Origin: Magnetococcales bacterium
GTDB lineage: Bacteria > Pseudomonadota > Magnetococcia > Magnetococcales > JADGAQ01
NCBI GenBank assembly: GCA_015231925.1
Contig: JADGAQ010000005.1
Span: forward strand, 1-56,890
Reading direction: 5' to 3'
Length of the DNA stretch: 56,890 bases
In this document: in pieces, positions 54,708 through 56,890 of the stretch
Numbering within the stretch: position 1 is the stretch's first letter
Layout of the letters: each line of letters opens with the position of its first letter
The notes under the pieces: generated by a model
What the model saw: only the letters and a program-made list of their open reading frames with translations
What the model was told of the DNA's origin: nothing
Databases searched by the model: none
Program-made: the position numbers and the translations under genes

Positions 54708-54848
54708 GGCGTGTTGACATTCGCCGGATTTTGGTTCCTGGCAAGGCACAAGACGGTGAGGAAGCGGAATGTAGTTCGCCTACATGAGCATTCCGAACCG
54801 GATTGCAACGCCGCCGGGGACCAAAAGATGGTGAATGTCAACACGCCC
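54707..54848. repeat. 142-bp long imperfect palindrome with 16-bp perfect termini (MITE/REP-like or large bidirectional terminator)
   Basis: gggcgtgttgacattc (54707-54722) pairs with gaatgtcaacacgccc (54833-54848). There are further internal pairings (ggattttggt/accaaaagat; cggaatgtag...ctacat...cattccg). It occupies the entire gap between convergent genes. Confidence 0.75.
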
Positions 54849-54851
54849 TGA

Positions 54852-56111
54852 TCAGACCACCCACAGATTGCTGAGACAGTCCGGCAACCAGTAGACCGCG
54901 TGTTCGTCCTTGCGGGAGAGGCCCACCACGTTGCCGTCCTGGGAGATGACGAAAGCCGTGGTGAAGGGGCACTGCCCCACGAAATTCACTGCGGAATTGT
55001 GGCGCATGCCGTAAGAGGAGCGATCCACGTTCTTCAACCCCTCCCCTTCCGATTCCGCCCCCACCAGGGTCTGCCGACGCCAGTAGGGGGCATCCAGCAT
55101 GGCGCCGAAGCAGATGGGACGCAGCCGGTCCGAGAGAATCAGGGCGCCATCCACCTGGGTCAACTGCGCCAACAGCTCCACATGTTCCACGATGGCCCGT
55201 TTGCCTCCCAGAATCTTCTTGGGCACCATCTCGCCGCAGGCCTCGCTCTGATCCGGATCCCCTTCGTTCAGCAAACCCGCCCGCTCCTCCAGTTCGCACA
55301 GTCTGGACAACAGGGTGATCCCCTCCACGCCTTTCGAGGTGGCATAACGCGGCACGATCCAGGGCCGGGCATCCTCCACATGCACCTCCGGAACCCAGAT
55401 GATGGTGCCGCCATGGCCCAGTTTGTTGGCTTCCACCAACAACCGGTCGATGGCCGCGCGATAGACCTGCCAGTAGTTCATGCCGAAGCGCTGAAACTCC
55501 ACATGGGTGCGTATGACCCGCAACATGCTCCAGCTCATCAGGCTGCCGATGAACGGCGTCTCGTGGGGACGACTGAAACGCCCGGCATTGAAACGGGTTA
55601 CCAGGTGATTGCCGCGAAAAACCGTCAAATGGCCGACTTTGCGGGAGGAGATGGTCATCACATCCGGCGAGGGATAGGCCTGAACCAGGGGATCGAAGCG
55701 ATGCCGCCCCCGGCGGCTGGTGAAGGCCATGCCCCAGATTTCCAACCGGGAGGGGGACTCCACGCTGGCCCAAACCGCCAGCGCCTGGGTGAAGGGATCC
55801 ACCGCCGGAGAAAGCTTGACCACCGTTTCGATGGTAAACGGCAGAGGCTTGTCGAAAGCCAGAACCACCTGTCCGCCCTGCCACTCCTGGGTGGGCAGGG
55901 AATGGGGCGGCACCAGGGCCACGCAGGCGCGTACCGGACGTCCCTCTTCCCATTTCAACCCCGCCAGGAATACGGTTTCCATAATGGTCTGCACCTGGTC
56001 GATCGATAAAGGCACCGCCTGTCCGTCCGGATTGGCCATGCGCCACAATTCGATGACTTGTTGAATAATCGACGAATCGAATAATACCTTTTTATCGTGC
56101 AGCTTTGGCAT
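54852..56111 (-). CDS. Divergent DisA_N (diadenylate-cyclase fold) protein with uncharacterised ~230-aa N-terminal (sensor-like, possibly DACNV-type) domain
   Basis: 419 aa. The C-terminal half has the DAC motifs in order: HGGTIIWV, VDGALILS (DGA), GMRHNSA (RHR changed to RHN), TAFVISQDGNV. Confidence 0.6.
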   Translation of the reverse strand: MPKLHDKKVLFDSSIIQQVIELWRMANPDGQAVPLSIDQVQTIMETVFLAGLKWEEGRPVRACVALVPPHSLPTQEWQGGQVVLAFDKPLPFTIETVVKLSPAVDPFTQALAVWASVESPSRLEIWGMAFTSRRGRHRFDPLVQAYPSPDVMTISSRKVGHLTVFRGNHLVTRFNAGRFSRPHETPFIGSLMSWSMLRVIRTHVEFQRFGMNYWQVYRAAIDRLLVEANKLGHGGTIIWVPEVHVEDARPWIVPRYATSKGVEGITLLSRLCELEERAGLLNEGDPDQSEACGEMVPKKILGGKRAIVEHVELLAQLTQVDGALILSDRLRPICFGAMLDAPYWRRQTLVGAESEGEGLKNVDRSSYGMRHNSAVNFVGQCPFTTAFVISQDGNVVGLSRKDEHAVYWLPDCLSNLWVV

Positions 56112-56391
56112 GTCTTGGCAGTCCTTTTCCTTCGGAAGCCCATCGCGGTCTCTTCATGCGTTACAAGTTTCATTCCAGACCTCGATGGAAACAGCGATGC
56201 CACGAAACACTAAAAATATTTGTTGAATTTATGCCGCTCAAATATTTCTATCTCCTGGCGAAAATGCCCCGATGCAGGAAACTTCCTCCGAGGGTTTTTG
56301 TCTCTACAAGGGATTGAACCAATAACGTCTTCGCAGGTGCAAAAGAATTCCCTGGTAAGTGACAAACAGGGTTTTGTGGAATGGTTTTTGT

Positions 56392-56421
56392 AATAATTGA
56401 TATTTCAAAATATCAATTATT
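56392..56421. promoter_or_regulatory. 30-bp perfect palindrome (14+2+14) in the AT-rich divergent intergenic region upstream of dsrA
   Basis: AATAATTGATATTT-CA-AAATATCAATTATT, checked base by base. 64 nt upstream of the dsrA ATG. Confidence 0.6.
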
Positions 56422-56484
56422 CGAAACCTGTTCAGAACAACGTTAACCCGGCAGTTCCGACAGCCTCGACCACGGAGAAACGGC

Positions 56485-56890
56485 ATGGCAATAACGCATG
56501 CAACGCAGGACAAGACCCAAAACATTCTCAATCCAACGCCCTTGTTGGATGAACTGGAGAAGGGCCCCTGGCCCAGCTTCATATCCGGATTCAAAAATCT
56601 CTTTCGCCGCACCGGCAACACCATGGTGCGTGGTTGCCTCGACCAGCTCCAGTATTCCTATGAAACCAAGATGGGGTACTGGAAGGGTGGCGTGGTTGGC
56701 GTTCACGGCTACGGCGCGGGCATCATCAGTCGCTACTCGATGATTCCCGACAAGTATCCCGAAGCCAAAGAGTTCCACACCATGCGCGTTCAACCCGCGC
56801 CGGGACTGCACTACACCAGCGCTTCCCTCCGCCAGATTTGCGATATCTGGGAGAAATACGGCTCCGGCCTGCTCTCCATGCACGGCCAGA
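56485..56890 (+). CDS. dsrA: Dissimilatory sulfite reductase alpha subunit, 5' part (runs off the window)
   Basis: Hand translation from the ATG at 56485 (GGAG 9 nt upstream): MAITHATQDKTQNILNPTPLLDELEKGPWPSFISGF...MGYWKGGVVGVHGYGAGIISRY...HTMRVQPAPGLHYTSASLRQICDIWEKYGSGLLSMHGQ. This is the typical DsrA N-terminus. It is not in the ORF track because no stop lies in the window. Confidence 0.85.
   Translation, partial: MAITHATQDKTQNILNPTPLLDELEKGPWPSFISGFKNLFRRTGNTMVRGCLDQLQYSYETKMGYWKGGVVGVHGYGAGIISRYSMIPDKYPEAKEFHTMRVQPAPGLHYTSASLRQICDIWEKYGSGLLSMHGQ

Overview
GC-rich, densely coding bacterial chromosome segment of about 50 genes, proteobacterium-like by gene content. All calls come from reading the supplied translations and the DNA by eye. 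No searches or statistics were run.

Layout:
- 1-16.6 kb, minus strand: H+-pyrophosphatase, adk, sdhE and a compact reverse/reductive-TCA-type block. The block holds korAB, sucCD, a soluble-type fumarate-reductase-like flavoprotein/Fe-S pair and a split PFOR.
- 16.6-22 kb: the conserved ffs-dnaX-ybaB-recR unit, four tRNAs and tadA.
- 22-31.8 kb: an outer-membrane barrel plus small PBP-like pair, an RquA-like methyltransferase, an HDAC-family protein, cobA, amiC, ubiG and rluD.
- 31.9-37.6 kb: the most unusual stretch (described below).
- 37.6-54.7 kb: mfd, ihfA, a hemerythrin/NnrS-like pair, an odd CheW-zinc-ribbon operon and a yejAB-like half ABC operon.
- 54.7-56.9 kb: a 142-bp palindromic element, a divergent DisA_N (diadenylate-cyclase-fold) protein, and the 5' part of dsrA behind a 30-bp perfect palindrome.

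Best candidate for an undescribed system (31.9-37.6 kb): an orphan acidic 152-aa protein is tightly coupled to a 978-aa atypical Hsp70/actin-fold ATPase with unrecognised N- and C-terminal domains. Two tandem Rpn/YhgA-type PD-(D/E)xK nuclease paralogs follow. Their nuclease parts are about 100% identical and their C-terminal parts diverge sharply. Each carries an internal SD+ATG that could express the variable C-terminus separately.

Other mobile DNA: a roughly 180-bp MITE-like element is present twice, in opposite orientations.
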